NCBI GenBank assembly: GCA_963836235.1
Contig: CAWIIP010000002.1
Location: forward strand, 1,952,001 to 2,016,000
Source of the DNA: an uncultured Pseudomonadota bacterium
Lineage (GTDB): Bacteria; Oederibacteriota; Muellerivitia; Muellerivitales; Muellerivitaceae
DNA length: 64,000 nt
Direction of reading: 5' to 3'
The translations under genes were made by a program, and so were the position numbers. How positions within the stretch are numbered: the first letter of the stretch is position 1; each line of letters opens with the position of its first letter. The notes under the pieces were generated by a model that ran no database searches, was not told where the DNA came from, and worked only from the letters and a program-made list of their open reading frames with translations. Positions 44,927 to 55,188 of the stretch are shown here, piece by piece.

Positions 44927-46903
44927 ATGGCTAAGTCAGCGTCACCCCAAGCGCCTTCAGTGGTCGAACGGGTACTCGATTGGAAAGGGGCAGCCACAAA
45001 CGCTATGGCGCTGATCGCGCCGGGCGCCTTTTTGTGGATCACTTATCAAGGGCAATCGGCCGCGTCCGATTGGACCGGTAATGGTTGCCCGAACGACATG
45101 TGGTTCGGCATTCTCGTGGCCCTAGTCTTGGCTCTGTTGACGGCTCTTTCCTACGCCGAATTGGCGAAGATCTACCCGGAAGCGGGTTTCGCCGGTGCCG
45201 TCTATTTTGCCGAAAAGGCCTTTATCGACGACGGGAAGCTCAAACGCCCCGGGCCAGCCTCCATGGCCCGTGTCGCCAAACTTATCACCGGCTGGGCCGC
45301 CCATTTGTTCTACTGGGTTTATCCCGGCGTCATGGTAGCCACCTTCGGCAACTTGATCTCTTACCTGTATGGAGTAGTGACCAATGGTAAGACTTTGGAT
45401 ATGACTTGGGAAATGGTCATGGTCTGCCTCTTCACCGTCGGGGTGGGGTACATCGCCCACCGGGGCGTCCAGGGTTCAACCAAGACCAATATGTGGGGCA
45501 ACTTCATCCAATGGGGCACACTAATCATCTTCAGCTTACTGGCGATCGGATACCGCATGAGCAACCCGGAACACGCCACCACTTGGGCCTTTACCGACGG
45601 TTTTGACGTCGTGAAGTTTCACACCCTCAAGGGAGTGCTGACCCAGGCCACCATCGCCATCCTGATCCTGGTCGGCTTTGAGAGCTGCACCTCCCTCGCG
45701 GCCGAAACCAAGGAGCCGGAAAAGAACATACCGAAGGCCATCATTGTGGCGCTGATCGTGCAGTGCGTATTCGCTTACATGTTCGAGTATTTTTGCGCCA
45801 ACCTGGTAGTGAACGAAAAGTTTGTGGGATCGGTTCCTGTACCGGCTGTTGCGGCCGTTGCCGCCGTACCCATGAGCGTCTCGGGTGGTGTCACGACAGC
45901 AGCAGTCGCTGCGGTTGCCGCTGCTCCCGCGACCACGAAGGCCGTTTACGGTATGGATGCCATGGCCGCTTCCTCGGCGCCCATCGGTGACATGATCACG
46001 CACATCGGCAACAGCATGCTGGGCGGCATCGGACTCACACTCATGTACATCATGGCGCTCACTGTTTTGATCGCGGTAGTGGGAACCACCCTGGCTTGCA
46101 TCAACACGGGTGTCCGCGTCACCACCGGTATGGCGGAGGACCGGGAACTGCCTCCGGTGTTTGGCTTTATCCACCAAAAATTCGCCTCGCCCTATACCGC
46201 CATCTGGTTCATGGTCGCCCTTTCTTGCGTCATCGGCATCGTCGGGATTCAGTCGGTCGACACTTGGCTGGGTATCACCTTCGCTTCCAACTTGGGGACC
46301 TTCGTGCTTTACGGTTCGGTCTGTATCTGGACTATCATCGCTTATAAGAACCGCAAGGATTTCAACTTTCTCAAGCACGGGCTCATCCCTTTCGGGGGTT
46401 TGGTCTTAAACGTAGCCATGTGTTGGGGTATTTTTTATGAAAACACCACCGCCGCCGCTTCAGCGGACCAACATACCCAGGTCAAGATTTGCTTCATCAT
46501 CGCGGCTTCCTGGGCCTTGCTTTACGGATTGTGGGTCTTGGCGCATTCCACCTTGAAATCCCATGCTATGAAGATGATCTCGGTCATCATCCGGCCTGAT
46601 TCGCTAGATAACCTGGCGGACGCCTTGAATAAGGAGGAATTGGTCCAGGGCATGACCATCTCCGAGGTCAAGGGTTTCGGCCGCACCAAGGGATCCAAAA
46701 CGGACGACATGCCTTCCAAGGTCAAGTTCCTAGACAAGGTCCGGGTGGACGTGGTTGTGAATGAGTGGGATGTCCCGCATGTTATCGAAGTTATGAAGGA
46801 AGTCCTATACACCGGCAACAAGGGCGACGGAAAGATTTTCGTTCTAGAAACGGACGAAGCTGTCCGTGTCCGCACGGGTGAAACAGGAGTAGCCGCAGTT
46901 TAA
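44927..46903 (+). CDS. APC-family permease fused to a C-terminal PII domain
   Basis: AGGAGG RBS; SYAELAKIYPEAG, LVGFESC..LAAE.KEP; in-frame MKMISVIIRP...GFGR.KG...TG..GDGKIFV...VRVRTGE from 46568. Confidence 0.92.
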   Translation: MAKSASPQAPSVVERVLDWKGAATNAMALIAPGAFLWITYQGQSAASDWTGNGCPNDMWFGILVALVLALLTALSYAELAKIYPEAGFAGAVYFAEKAFIDDGKLKRPGPASMARVAKLITGWAAHLFYWVYPGVMVATFGNLISYLYGVVTNGKTLDMTWEMVMVCLFTVGVGYIAHRGVQGSTKTNMWGNFIQWGTLIIFSLLAIGYRMSNPEHATTWAFTDGFDVVKFHTLKGVLTQATIAILILVGFESCTSLAAETKEPEKNIPKAIIVALIVQCVFAYMFEYFCANLVVNEKFVGSVPVPAVAAVAAVPMSVSGGVTTAAVAAVAAAPATTKAVYGMDAMAASSAPIGDMITHIGNSMLGGIGLTLMYIMALTVLIAVVGTTLACINTGVRVTTGMAEDRELPPVFGFIHQKFASPYTAIWFMVALSCVIGIVGIQSVDTWLGITFASNLGTFVLYGSVCIWTIIAYKNRKDFNFLKHGLIPFGGLVLNVAMCWGIFYENTTAAASADQHTQVKICFIIAASWALLYGLWVLAHSTLKSHAMKMISVIIRPDSLDNLADALNKEELVQGMTISEVKGFGRTKGSKTDDMPSKVKFLDKVRVDVVVNEWDVPHVIEVMKEVLYTGNKGDGKIFVLETDEAVRVRTGETGVAAV

Positions 46904-46923
46904 GTTAAAACCCAGAATATTCT

Positions 46924-46962
46924 AAAGCCCCAGTGGAAGCTCACAGGGGCTTTTTTGTTTTT
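46924..46962 (+). terminator. Intrinsic terminator
   Basis: AAAGCCCCAGTG...CACAGGGGCTTTTTTGTTTTT. Confidence 0.8.
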
Positions 46963-47074
46963 GGAGAAAGGATGAGGACTATTTATTTAAAGAGGTGGCT
47001 ATTGCCGAAACAGGTTTGATTAAGTATTGTTATCGGGTTTTGAATAGCTTGAAGACCTGAGGATTAAGAAATCT

Positions 47075-48130
47075 ATGGCTGAGATCTCAACCCCAAATCG
47101 TATTGTTGTAGCCTGCACTGACAAACCCGGGAAACTGCTCTTGTCTCTTCCTATTTTTCAGACGCTAAAAAAAGCCTTTCCTCAGGCCAAAATTACGGCC
47201 TTCGTCCAGCAGGGTGCGGAGGGCTTTTTGTTAGGAAATCCCGCCATCGATGCCGTGGAAACCCTGTCGCCAAAACAAAGGTTCTTTCCTTTGGTGGGCC
47301 GGTTTCGCCAGTTAGGGGCGGATATTTTTATTCATGTCACTTCCAGCCATACGCTGGTGCTGGCCGCCTGGCTGGCCAAGATCCCAACACGGATCGGGAT
47401 GGAATATAAATGGCACGGCTTTTTCCTCACTCGGTCCGTCAAAATCAACCGGGCGGTCAGTGACCGAAACGAGGTTGAGTACAACTTTGAACTTTTAAAG
47501 CCACTTGGCGTAGAAACTTTTGCCACGAAAACCGAGTTCCCATTGACGGATGCGGATAAAACCGGTGTCCAGGAGATTTTAACCGAAAAAGGAATTGTTC
47601 CAGGCGTGCCTTATGTCCTTGTGCATCCGGGTTCCAAAGGGCACGCCCGACATTGGAAGGCCGAAAGGTATGGGCAATTATTAAATCATTTGTGCCAAAT
47701 CAAGGGTTTGAGGGTAGTTGTGACGGCGGAGGCGGACGAAATGGCCCTGGTCTCAGAGGTGACGGCCCTGCTTTATTCGCTCGCTCCTGAGCAAAAACCC
47801 GCCATGGTTACTACAGGGGATTTAAGCCTGGGAGATTTAGCAGCCCTTTGCCAGGGTGCCCTCTGCCTTTTATCTGGGCCCACGGGGCCCATGCAGCTGG
47901 CCGCGGCGGTGGGAACCCCGACCGTAACCATCTTTTCCCCGGCCCCCGAGGCTACCCCGGTTCGGTGGGGTCCTTGGGGAAATGAGCACACCGTACTCAT
48001 ACCCCAAAATCCAAACTGCATGTCCTGCCAGTCCGGCTATTGCAAAAAACATGATCCCATGGACGCCCTGACGGTTCCAGAAGTGTTTGAGGCAATGAAA
48101 AAATATATCAATCGAAAAGTCCCGTTCTAA
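47075..48130 (+). CDS. Glycosyltransferase family 9 (LPS heptosyltransferase-like)
   Basis: VHPGS....HW..ERY, TGPMQLAAAVGTPTV.IF, RWGPWG. Confidence 0.9.
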   Translation: MAEISTPNRIVVACTDKPGKLLLSLPIFQTLKKAFPQAKITAFVQQGAEGFLLGNPAIDAVETLSPKQRFFPLVGRFRQLGADIFIHVTSSHTLVLAAWLAKIPTRIGMEYKWHGFFLTRSVKINRAVSDRNEVEYNFELLKPLGVETFATKTEFPLTDADKTGVQEILTEKGIVPGVPYVLVHPGSKGHARHWKAERYGQLLNHLCQIKGLRVVVTAEADEMALVSEVTALLYSLAPEQKPAMVTTGDLSLGDLAALCQGALCLLSGPTGPMQLAAAVGTPTVTIFSPAPEATPVRWGPWGNEHTVLIPQNPNCMSCQSGYCKKHDPMDALTVPEVFEAMKKYINRKVPF

Positions 48131-48167
48131 TAATTCAAACCAACTTCACCAGGCCGATTTTGATGTT

Positions 48168-48749
48168 TTAGCTCTTTCGTGGGTTACGCTTGATGTCGCC
48201 CATGATCAAATAGACCCCTGACATCACCAGCAATCCGCCGATCCCCGGGCCCTTTAGATGTCCCATGGTTGGGTCCAAATGCAGGTTCATCATGCTCATG
48301 AAGCTCACGTTCCAACCGATGGCCATCAGGAAACGAAGAGTCCGCTGGGGATCCGTCGATTTCCAACCCCACGCGTAAAGTCCAGCCCCCACCAAGGGAC
48401 CGATCGGCCCCAGGAAACCCATATATTTCACTACCAGATCGGCCTGGTTGCCAGCCTTGGAGTCCAAGGCCATCCACATGACACACCAAAGCAAAAGCCA
48501 GAATACTGTTAAGGCCGAAAGGCCATTAAGCAGACGGGCCATTGGTACGGGAGGATTCCGGAAACCCTCCTCGTTCATCATCAACATGGTAAAGCCGACC
48601 AGGGCTGGAAAGCCGTAAAGAAGTACATAGGTCGTCAACATGGGATGGTTTTGGGCCAATAAAGTCTTGAGCGGATCCACCAGCAAAACGCCCGGGGCAA
48701 AGAGGAAGCCGAGAATGCCGAAGCGATAAAAAGTAATTCCAAGTTTCAT
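48168..48749 (-). CDS. Hypothetical multi-TM membrane protein
   Basis: GAGGAG RBS; about 6 hydrophobic segments. Confidence 0.7.
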   Translation of the reverse strand: MKLGITFYRFGILGFLFAPGVLLVDPLKTLLAQNHPMLTTYVLLYGFPALVGFTMLMMNEEGFRNPPVPMARLLNGLSALTVFWLLLWCVMWMALDSKAGNQADLVVKYMGFLGPIGPLVGAGLYAWGWKSTDPQRTLRFLMAIGWNVSFMSMMNLHLDPTMGHLKGPGIGGLLVMSGVYLIMGDIKRNPRKS

Positions 48750-49063
48750 TTAATTAAGACTCCTCATTTTGTTGGTTCGGTAAAAAGAGAGACGATTCTA
48801 AAGCCAACCCTCGATTTGCGGTCTAAATATTTTTTATATTTTGGTTTAGGTTTGGCAGACGCCAAAGTCATTGCAGCCCATTTTGGGTGGATTAGCGACC
48901 GTTTTGGCTTACAAAACCTGCCTCCCCATTTTTAGGCTGAAATTCCGTTATTTGTATATGTCTACATAAATGTAATCTTATTTTTAATAATTTTACGTTA
49001 TTTTTATTCTAATTTTAACTTCTTGATGAATCTTTTACTTGTTTTTTAAGGTCTTCGATCAGA

Positions 49064-49079
49064 TGGCATAAGCCTTGCT
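49064..49079 (+). promoter_or_regulatory. Sigma-54 (-24/-12) promoter of amt1
   Basis: TGGCATAAGCCTTGCT (GG-N10-GC). Confidence 0.85.
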
Positions 49080-49211
49080 TTTCAATCCGAGACTGTTGGG
49101 GTGAAGGTTGCCCTGAGTTTGCGTTGGTGAGACCTTCCGTGGCTTGCAGGGTCGAGGCGGCGGAGAGGTTTCAAGTAGTTTTGTTTCTAAATTACTAAGG
49201 AGGAAGAGAAT

Positions 49212-50894
49212 ATGTTAGCCAAAATTCGAAAGATAGGAAGCATGGGGCTTATGCTTTACTACCTTCTGGTGCTTGCCGTACCAGTGGTGGTAAACGCCCA
49301 GGCGGCAGCGCCTACCACGGCGGCTGCTCCCGCAGCGGCAGCAGCCCCGGCAGCGACTCCGGCGCCCCAAGGGCCAGATCCGAACGGGTCGGCCACGGGA
49401 GCGATCTCGGACCTGACGGGATTTAACAGTTTCAAAGACATCAAGAACCCGACGGTTTTGGAATTGGCCGCGGCGGTCGGTCATAACCGGGTCGCCATCA
49501 ACATCGTTTGGACGTTGGTGACCGGATATTTAGTCATGTTCATGCAAGCTGGTTTCGCGATGGTGGAAACGGGCATGACCCGCGCCAAGAACGTGAACCA
49601 TACCATGACGATGAACTTCATGATCTATCCCTTCGGGATGCTGGGGTTCTATATTTGCGGTTTCGCTTTCATGTTCGGCGGTTTAGGCGCCTTAGGAACC
49701 TTGGGCGGTTACGCCGGGTTGAGCAATGAAATCACCTGGACCATTATGGGCAAGCCTTTCGGCATGATCGGAAACGTGGGATATTTCCTCACCGGGCCCG
49801 CTTATGACGTCGGCGTTTTCTGCTTGTTCCTCTTCCAGATGGTGTTCATGGATACCACGGCCACCATCCCGACGGGAGCCATGGCGGAACGATGGAAATG
49901 GTCGGCCTTCTGTCTCTATGGTTGCGCTATTGGAACCATCATGTATCCCGTATTTGGTAACTGGGTCTGGGGCGGCGGCTGGCTCTCGCAGTTAGGGGTC
50001 AACTTCGGCTTGGGCCATGGGTATACCGACTTCGCCGGCTCTACCGTTGTTCATATGCAGGGCGGTGTGATCGCAATGGTCGGAGCATGGATCCTCGGTC
50101 CCCGCATCGGAAAATACAACAAAAATGGCTCGGCCAACACCATCCCGGCGCATAACATGCCGATGGCGATCGCTGGCTGCTTTATCCTGGCCTTTGGCTG
50201 GTTCGGGTTCAACCCCGGCTCCACCTTGGCTGGCGCGGACCTTCGCATCTCGGTCGTGGCGGTCAACACCATGTTGGCTTCCGCCTGGGGCGCAATGGCT
50301 TCCATGCTTTGGATCTGGTTTGTTCGCGGTAACAAGCCCGACCCAGGAATGATGGTGAACGGAATGTTGGCTGGGCTGGTGGCTATTACTGGCCCCTCAG
50401 CCTTCGTGAGCGCCACCGGAGCTTCCATCCTTGGATTTATCTCGGGCATTCTCGTTGTCGAGAGCTGTTTTTTCGTGGAGCGAGTGCTCAAACTGGACGA
50501 TCCAGTCGGAGCCATCTCTGTTCACGGCACCAACGGCGCCTGGGGATGTATTTCCCTCGGATTGTTCGCCGACGGTACCTACGGACAGGGTTGGAACGGG
50601 GTTGGAGCCGATAAGTACTTGGGTACTTCGGCTGCGGCCAACAACTTGAAAGGTGTCACCGGCTTGTTTTACGGAGACTCTTCACAGTTGATAGCTCAAA
50701 TTATCGGGGTGGCGGTTTGTTTCGTCACCTTGGCCGTCTTGGCCTGGATCGTGTTCATGGTTGTCGAGAAGACGATCGGAAACCGCGTCAGTCCCGAGAC
50801 AGAAATCGAGGGCTTGGATATCCCCGAAATGGGGTCCTATGGATACTGCGGTATCAAGATGGACAAGGCCTCCGAGAACATCACCTCTCATTAA
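49212..50894 (+). CDS. amt: Ammonium transporter with Ala/Pro-rich N-terminal extension
   Basis: FMQAGF..VE.G, DFAGSTVVH, WFGFNPGS, DDPVGAISVHG (twin His intact). Confidence 0.97.
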   Translation: MLAKIRKIGSMGLMLYYLLVLAVPVVVNAQAAAPTTAAAPAAAAAPAATPAPQGPDPNGSATGAISDLTGFNSFKDIKNPTVLELAAAVGHNRVAINIVWTLVTGYLVMFMQAGFAMVETGMTRAKNVNHTMTMNFMIYPFGMLGFYICGFAFMFGGLGALGTLGGYAGLSNEITWTIMGKPFGMIGNVGYFLTGPAYDVGVFCLFLFQMVFMDTTATIPTGAMAERWKWSAFCLYGCAIGTIMYPVFGNWVWGGGWLSQLGVNFGLGHGYTDFAGSTVVHMQGGVIAMVGAWILGPRIGKYNKNGSANTIPAHNMPMAIAGCFILAFGWFGFNPGSTLAGADLRISVVAVNTMLASAWGAMASMLWIWFVRGNKPDPGMMVNGMLAGLVAITGPSAFVSATGASILGFISGILVVESCFFVERVLKLDDPVGAISVHGTNGAWGCISLGLFADGTYGQGWNGVGADKYLGTSAAANNLKGVTGLFYGDSSQLIAQIIGVAVCFVTLAVLAWIVFMVVEKTIGNRVSPETEIEGLDIPEMGSYGYCGIKMDKASENITSH

Positions 50895-50922
50895 TTCGAT
50901 TAGCTTGTTAAGATGATGAACC

Positions 50923-50953
50923 GAAAAAGTCCCCTTTTCAGGGGACTTTTTCA
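50923..50953. terminator. Hairpin/terminator related to the right arm of the 345-491 element
   Basis: GAAAAAGTCCCCT-TTTC-AGGGGACTTTTTC. Confidence 0.7.
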
Positions 50954-51069
50954 TATTCCGGCTACCAGGAGATGATTGATCCTTTGGCCTGAATATGAAA
51001 AAGTAAGGATGAGTCAAAGAGTCGTATCCTTCGGTTGATTTTTATTTCCTTAATGGAAAAGGAGCCTTT

Positions 51070-51411
51070 GTGAAAAAGATAGAAGCGATTATTCGGCCCG
51101 ACAAGTTTGACAGCGTCAAGAAGGCCCTGGAAGACGCGGGTTATACCGGCGTGACCCTCACCGAGGTGGAAGGTCACGGCAAGCAGAAAGGGCTTTCCCA
51201 GCAGTTTCGGGGATACAAGTATAAGGTCGAGTTTTTGCCTAAATTGAAGTTGGAGATCGTGGCGCCCAGCGCCGATATCGAGAAGTTGGTCAAAGCCATC
51301 ATTACCAGCGCCTCGACGGGCCAGGTGGGGGACGGCAAGATATTTGTTTATAACATTGACGAGGCTTATCGTATCAGCAGCGGGGAAGCGGGGGACATCG
51401 CCGTTTCGTAA
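51070..51411 (+). CDS. PII protein (GlnK-like, Tyr51 present)
   Basis: GHGKQKG.SQQFRGYKY..EFLPK; TGQVGDGKIF. Confidence 0.95.
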   Translation: MKKIEAIIRPDKFDSVKKALEDAGYTGVTLTEVEGHGKQKGLSQQFRGYKYKVEFLPKLKLEIVAPSADIEKLVKAIITSASTGQVGDGKIFVYNIDEAYRISSGEAGDIAVS

Positions 51412-51523
51412 AAGCTTTCCCTCCCGGGTGAATGTGGGGGGTTAACCCGCTTAAGGTTAACCTCCTTTTTTTTGAAACCGAATAGGGTTGGAACCATCAA
51501 GACATCAAGGGCATCAGAACAAA

Positions 51524-51862
51524 ATGAAAAAAATTGAGGCGATTATCCAACCGGGGAAGGTGGATGAGGTCATCGCGGCCTTGGATGCCGCCGGTTATCC
51601 GGGATTGACCCTGACCGAGGTCAAGGGTCACGGGAAGCAAAAGGGCATCACGCAGAATTGGCTGGGCCGTATGATCAAAACAGATTTGATCCCGAAGATG
51701 AAACTGGAAGTCGTGGCGCTGGACGAAGAAGCCGAAAAACTCGTGAAGGCGATCCTGGCGGCGGCCAAGACGGGGAAGACGGGCGATGGAAAGATCTTTG
51801 TGCGTAAAGTCGACCAGGCCTACCGTATCCGGGACGGGGCGCTAGGCGATGAAGTCATCTAA
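51524..51862 (+). CDS. PII protein with divergent T-loop
   Basis: [37 protein letters not shown]. Confidence 0.93.
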   Translation: MKKIEAIIQPGKVDEVIAALDAAGYPGLTLTEVKGHGKQKGITQNWLGRMIKTDLIPKMKLEVVALDEEAEKLVKAILAAAKTGKTGDGKIFVRKVDQAYRIRDGALGDEVI

Positions 51863-51907
51863 TAAAGGTGTTTATCCAATCCAGCATTAGAAGTGAAAGG
51901 CCGATCA

Positions 51908-53268
51908 TGAACGCGATGGCTTACTGGCAGCAAATGGGATGGGGGACGGCGGCGCTTCATTTCCTGCCCTTTTTCCTGCTCCTCTTTTTCATCGCAGTAT
52001 TGCCCTTCATCCCCTTTACTGCGGGTTGGTGGGAGCATGTGCGAAACAAGTTTCTCACGGCTGCGGTCTGTGCGGGGGCCGGTATATTCCTCTATGTTCA
52101 TCCCACTGGCGATTTCGCCAAGGTTCTGGACACCTACCTGGACTATCTGGCCTTCCTAGTCTTGTTGGGTTCGCTCTTTACGGTGGCGGGGGGCATCCAT
52201 ATCACGGGGGCTTTCGCGGGCCTTCCTTACATCAACACAATTTTTTTAGGCCTGGGCGCCGTCCTCTCCAGCTTCCTGGGCACTACGGGCGCCAGTATGG
52301 TGCTGATTAGGCCGCTGCTTCGCGCCAATCAATTCAGGCGACACAAGTCCCATGTCATCGTCTTTTTCATCTTCATCGTCTCCAACTGTGGCGGTCTCCT
52401 GACTCCCTTGGGGGACCCGCCCCTCTACCTGGGCTTCCTGAAGGGTGTCCCATTCTGGTGGACTTTTTACCGTTTGATACCTATCTGGGCCCTGACCCTG
52501 CTGATCCTTCTTTTTATTTTCCACCTGATTGACGACCGGATCTTCGACAACGAGGAAACTCATGTCAGGGGTTCGTTGATCCAGACCATCCAGGAGGCCA
52601 AACAACCCATCCATATTGAAGGGTGGGCCAATGTCTTTTGCCTGGGAGGTATCTTGACCACGGTCATGCTTTCGGGCTACTCGTTGAATCCCTATTTGGA
52701 GGCCCATTGCGGGACCTGGGCCTCGGCTCTGTCGAGGCTGATCCAAATCGTGGTAATGCTGGTTTTTGCCATTGTTTCCTATAAGAGAACTCCCCTGGTG
52801 ATCCATGAGGAAAATCAGTTCGGCTTCGGCCCCATCATTGAGGTAGCGGTGCTCTTTTTTGGCATTTTCGGGGCCATGATTCCCGCCCTAACCCTGCTGG
52901 AGGCTAAAGGACAGACCATCGCTATCACCCATCCCTGGGCCTATTTCTGGCTTTCGGGGTTCTTGAGCAGTTTCCTGGACAATGCGCCGACTTACCTGAG
53001 CTACGCATCGCTGGCGGCAGGCCAGCACGGCCTTTCGACGGCCCATTTGGGAGACTTAGCGAATCAATATCCGCAGATACTTGCGGCCATATCCTGCGGG
53101 TCGGTCTTTATGGGGGCCAATAGCTATATCGGCAATGGACCGAATTTCATGGTGCGCGCCATTGCCGAGCAAGCTCGCGTGAAGATGCCTTCTTTCGGTG
53201 GCTACATGCTTTGGTCCGGAGCGATCCTCATCCCCGTTTTCATCCTCATGACCTTTATTTTCTTCTGA
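51908..53268 (+). CDS. IT-superfamily (CitMHS_2/putative Na+:H+ antiporter) transporter; start uncertain (51868-51917)
   Basis: GTTGASM.LIRP, GGLLTPLGDPPL.LGFL.GV, LSSFLDNAPTY, YIGNGPNFMV. Confidence 0.88.
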
Positions 53269-53665
53269 TCAAACTGGGTCTTTGGTTAGTTTAATTTGGA
53301 GACCATGCTTTAACTTTTCCAAATTTTATTGAACCTGTCGGATTGAATTCTTGTATTTTTTTTCACCGTTGTGGGCCACCTTGGTGTTAATTGTAGGGAC
53401 TCAGATAATTGGGTAAGGTGTCTCTCTAAGCCGGGGAAACCGAATCGCTGAGTTTGGTTCTCTTTTTTAATTCACCGGTGTTTATCATTTTCATTTGTTT
53501 AGCCCCTCAAGAAAATTTCGATTTGAGAGCTAAAAAAGCTTCTTCAAAAATGTTACAAAATTGTATTTATTCCTTATTAATGTAGCGCTTTACGTTATTG
53601 GATTTTTACCACATTAAAAAAGCCTTATTTTTGAAAGCTTTTTACACAAATTTTTTATTGGTAAA

Positions 53666-53681
53666 TGGCATAAGGCTTGCT
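53666..53681 (+). promoter_or_regulatory. Sigma-54 promoter of the porin gene
   Basis: TGGCATAAGGCTTGCT, 15/16 identical to the amt1 promoter. Confidence 0.85.
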
Positions 53682-53783
53682 CTTCATAATCCCATCTGTT
53701 ATGAAGTTGAAGGTTTTTCGGCGCTGCGGTTTGTCCCTGACAAGCCGAAGAGCCAATGAAGGTAAATACTCAAGGAGGAAGTG

Positions 53784-54938
53784 ATGAGAAAGACAATCAA
53801 GCTGTTCAGTTTCTTGGCCTCGTTCGCTTTGGCCGGTAGTCTCGCTCCGGTGATGGCGCAAACGGCGGCTGCAACACCGGCGGCAACGGCTGCGGCGGCA
53901 ACGCCGACTGCGGTTCCGACACCGGCGGTGACAGTGGATGGGTTGGTGGATACGTACTTCTCGTACAATTTCAACAATCCGAGTAGCAATCCATATGCGG
54001 GTAACAATTCGTATTGGTACAACAGCGCTAGCAGTTCCTATACCTTAGGATTGGCTGAGGTCAAGGTTGCCGCCACCCAAGGCGCAGCCAGCGCCCATGT
54101 GGTTTTGGCCTATGGTGAGGAAGGGGGCCTTGGTCCCATTGGTGGGAGTGGGCCGAATGTTTTGCAGGCTTATGTGTCCTACAATCCGGGACAATGGACT
54201 TTTAATTTCGGCCGTATGGCTACCTGGATGGGATACGAAGTGATTGAAAGTCCCAGCAACGCGAACTACAGCCATTCTATATTGTTTGGAGCCCTTCCCT
54301 ACTGGGACACCGGTCTCAGCGTGAATTTTGCGCCAAGCAGTACTTTTAACGCCACTTTCTACGCTATGGACGGGTGGAGCAATGATACGTTTGCTACCGG
54401 GTTGGGCGAAACGCTTGGACTGGAAGCCGTTATCACACCTAACTCCATGTGGGGCATTACCTTGAATGGAATTTTGTCTCCATACACCATGAGTCCTACC
54501 GAAGATATTGTTACCGTGGAAGGCATTGTCACCTATAAGCCAGACTCTACTTGGTCTTTCGCTGTGGACGGGCAGTTTGGAACTTATGGAGTCGCTTCGG
54601 GAACAGCACCCAGCTACTTTGGAGTTGCCTTGTACGGCAAATATCAAATCCAGAGCGATTGGGACGTGGCTCTTCGACTGGAATACGTGAACGATTCGGA
54701 TGATGACGCCATCAATCTTTATGGAAATGATCCGTATCCGTATTCCTTGGCTGGCAAGGCTTTCACTGGCGACGAGGTTACTTTGACTCTCGAGCATGAT
54801 TTCATGCCAAACTTGATTGCCCGTTTGGAAGGCCGCATGGATATGGCCAGCTATAACGGAGCTGCGGCTGATGTGTTCGATGCCGGCACTAGTTCCAGCC
54901 AGGCTACCGCCACCGCCAGCATGGCTTACACGTTTTAA
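53784..54938 (+). CDS. Outer-membrane porin (BBP2/DUF1597-like)
   Basis: G.VDTYFSYNFNNP, LQAYVSY, G.EVIES..N.NYSHS, C-terminal YTF. Confidence 0.82.
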   Translation: MRKTIKLFSFLASFALAGSLAPVMAQTAAATPAATAAAATPTAVPTPAVTVDGLVDTYFSYNFNNPSSNPYAGNNSYWYNSASSSYTLGLAEVKVAATQGAASAHVVLAYGEEGGLGPIGGSGPNVLQAYVSYNPGQWTFNFGRMATWMGYEVIESPSNANYSHSILFGALPYWDTGLSVNFAPSSTFNATFYAMDGWSNDTFATGLGETLGLEAVITPNSMWGITLNGILSPYTMSPTEDIVTVEGIVTYKPDSTWSFAVDGQFGTYGVASGTAPSYFGVALYGKYQIQSDWDVALRLEYVNDSDDDAINLYGNDPYPYSLAGKAFTGDEVTLTLEHDFMPNLIARLEGRMDMASYNGAAADVFDAGTSSSQATATASMAYTF

Positions 54939-55052
54939 GGTTTGATTGAGGATCTCCTTGCCCAGCCTTGTGGCTGGGCTTAGAGGTTTGAGTGGGAAAA
55001 AGGTTTAGTGTTCGGATAACTTAACTTCTCTCTCTCCTCCGGTTTGCAGCAG

Positions 55053-55090
55053 GGGGGCTGACCCGGCCAAGGTTAGCCCCTTTGTTGTTT
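55053..55090 (+). terminator. Intrinsic terminator
   Basis: GGGGCTGACC...GGTTAGCCCC-TTTGTTGTTT. Confidence 0.65.
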
Positions 55091-55188
55091 CTAAAGGCAG
55101 CCATTTACGGGTAGCGGTTGGTATTAGCCAAAAAGAAAAGCTAAAAACCAGCGGCTAACCGCCAATCGCTCAATTTAGGAGTTAAGTA

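Noticed and set aside
45825-45945. Ala/Val repeat insertion (AVAAVAA twice) in the APC-PII permease
   Set aside because: Low-complexity loop expansion resembling the Ala/Pro-rich segments of amt1 and the porin; no distinct function supportable
49085-49200. Structured 5' UTR of amt1 (and of the porin, 53700-53760) as a possible glutamine riboswitch
   Set aside because: Hairpins are possible, but I could not find the CGTT...GGAAGTA...GAAGGAACG pattern of the known glutamine aptamers
51494-51517. CATCAAGACATCAAGGGCATCAG short repeat before the third PII
   Set aside because: 8-9 nt period does not fit an OmpR-type 11-bp spacing; too short to support a call
53290-53500. Two very short minus-strand ORFs between the IT transporter and the porin promoter
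   Set aside because: About 22-24 codons with no TM segment, motif or paralogue
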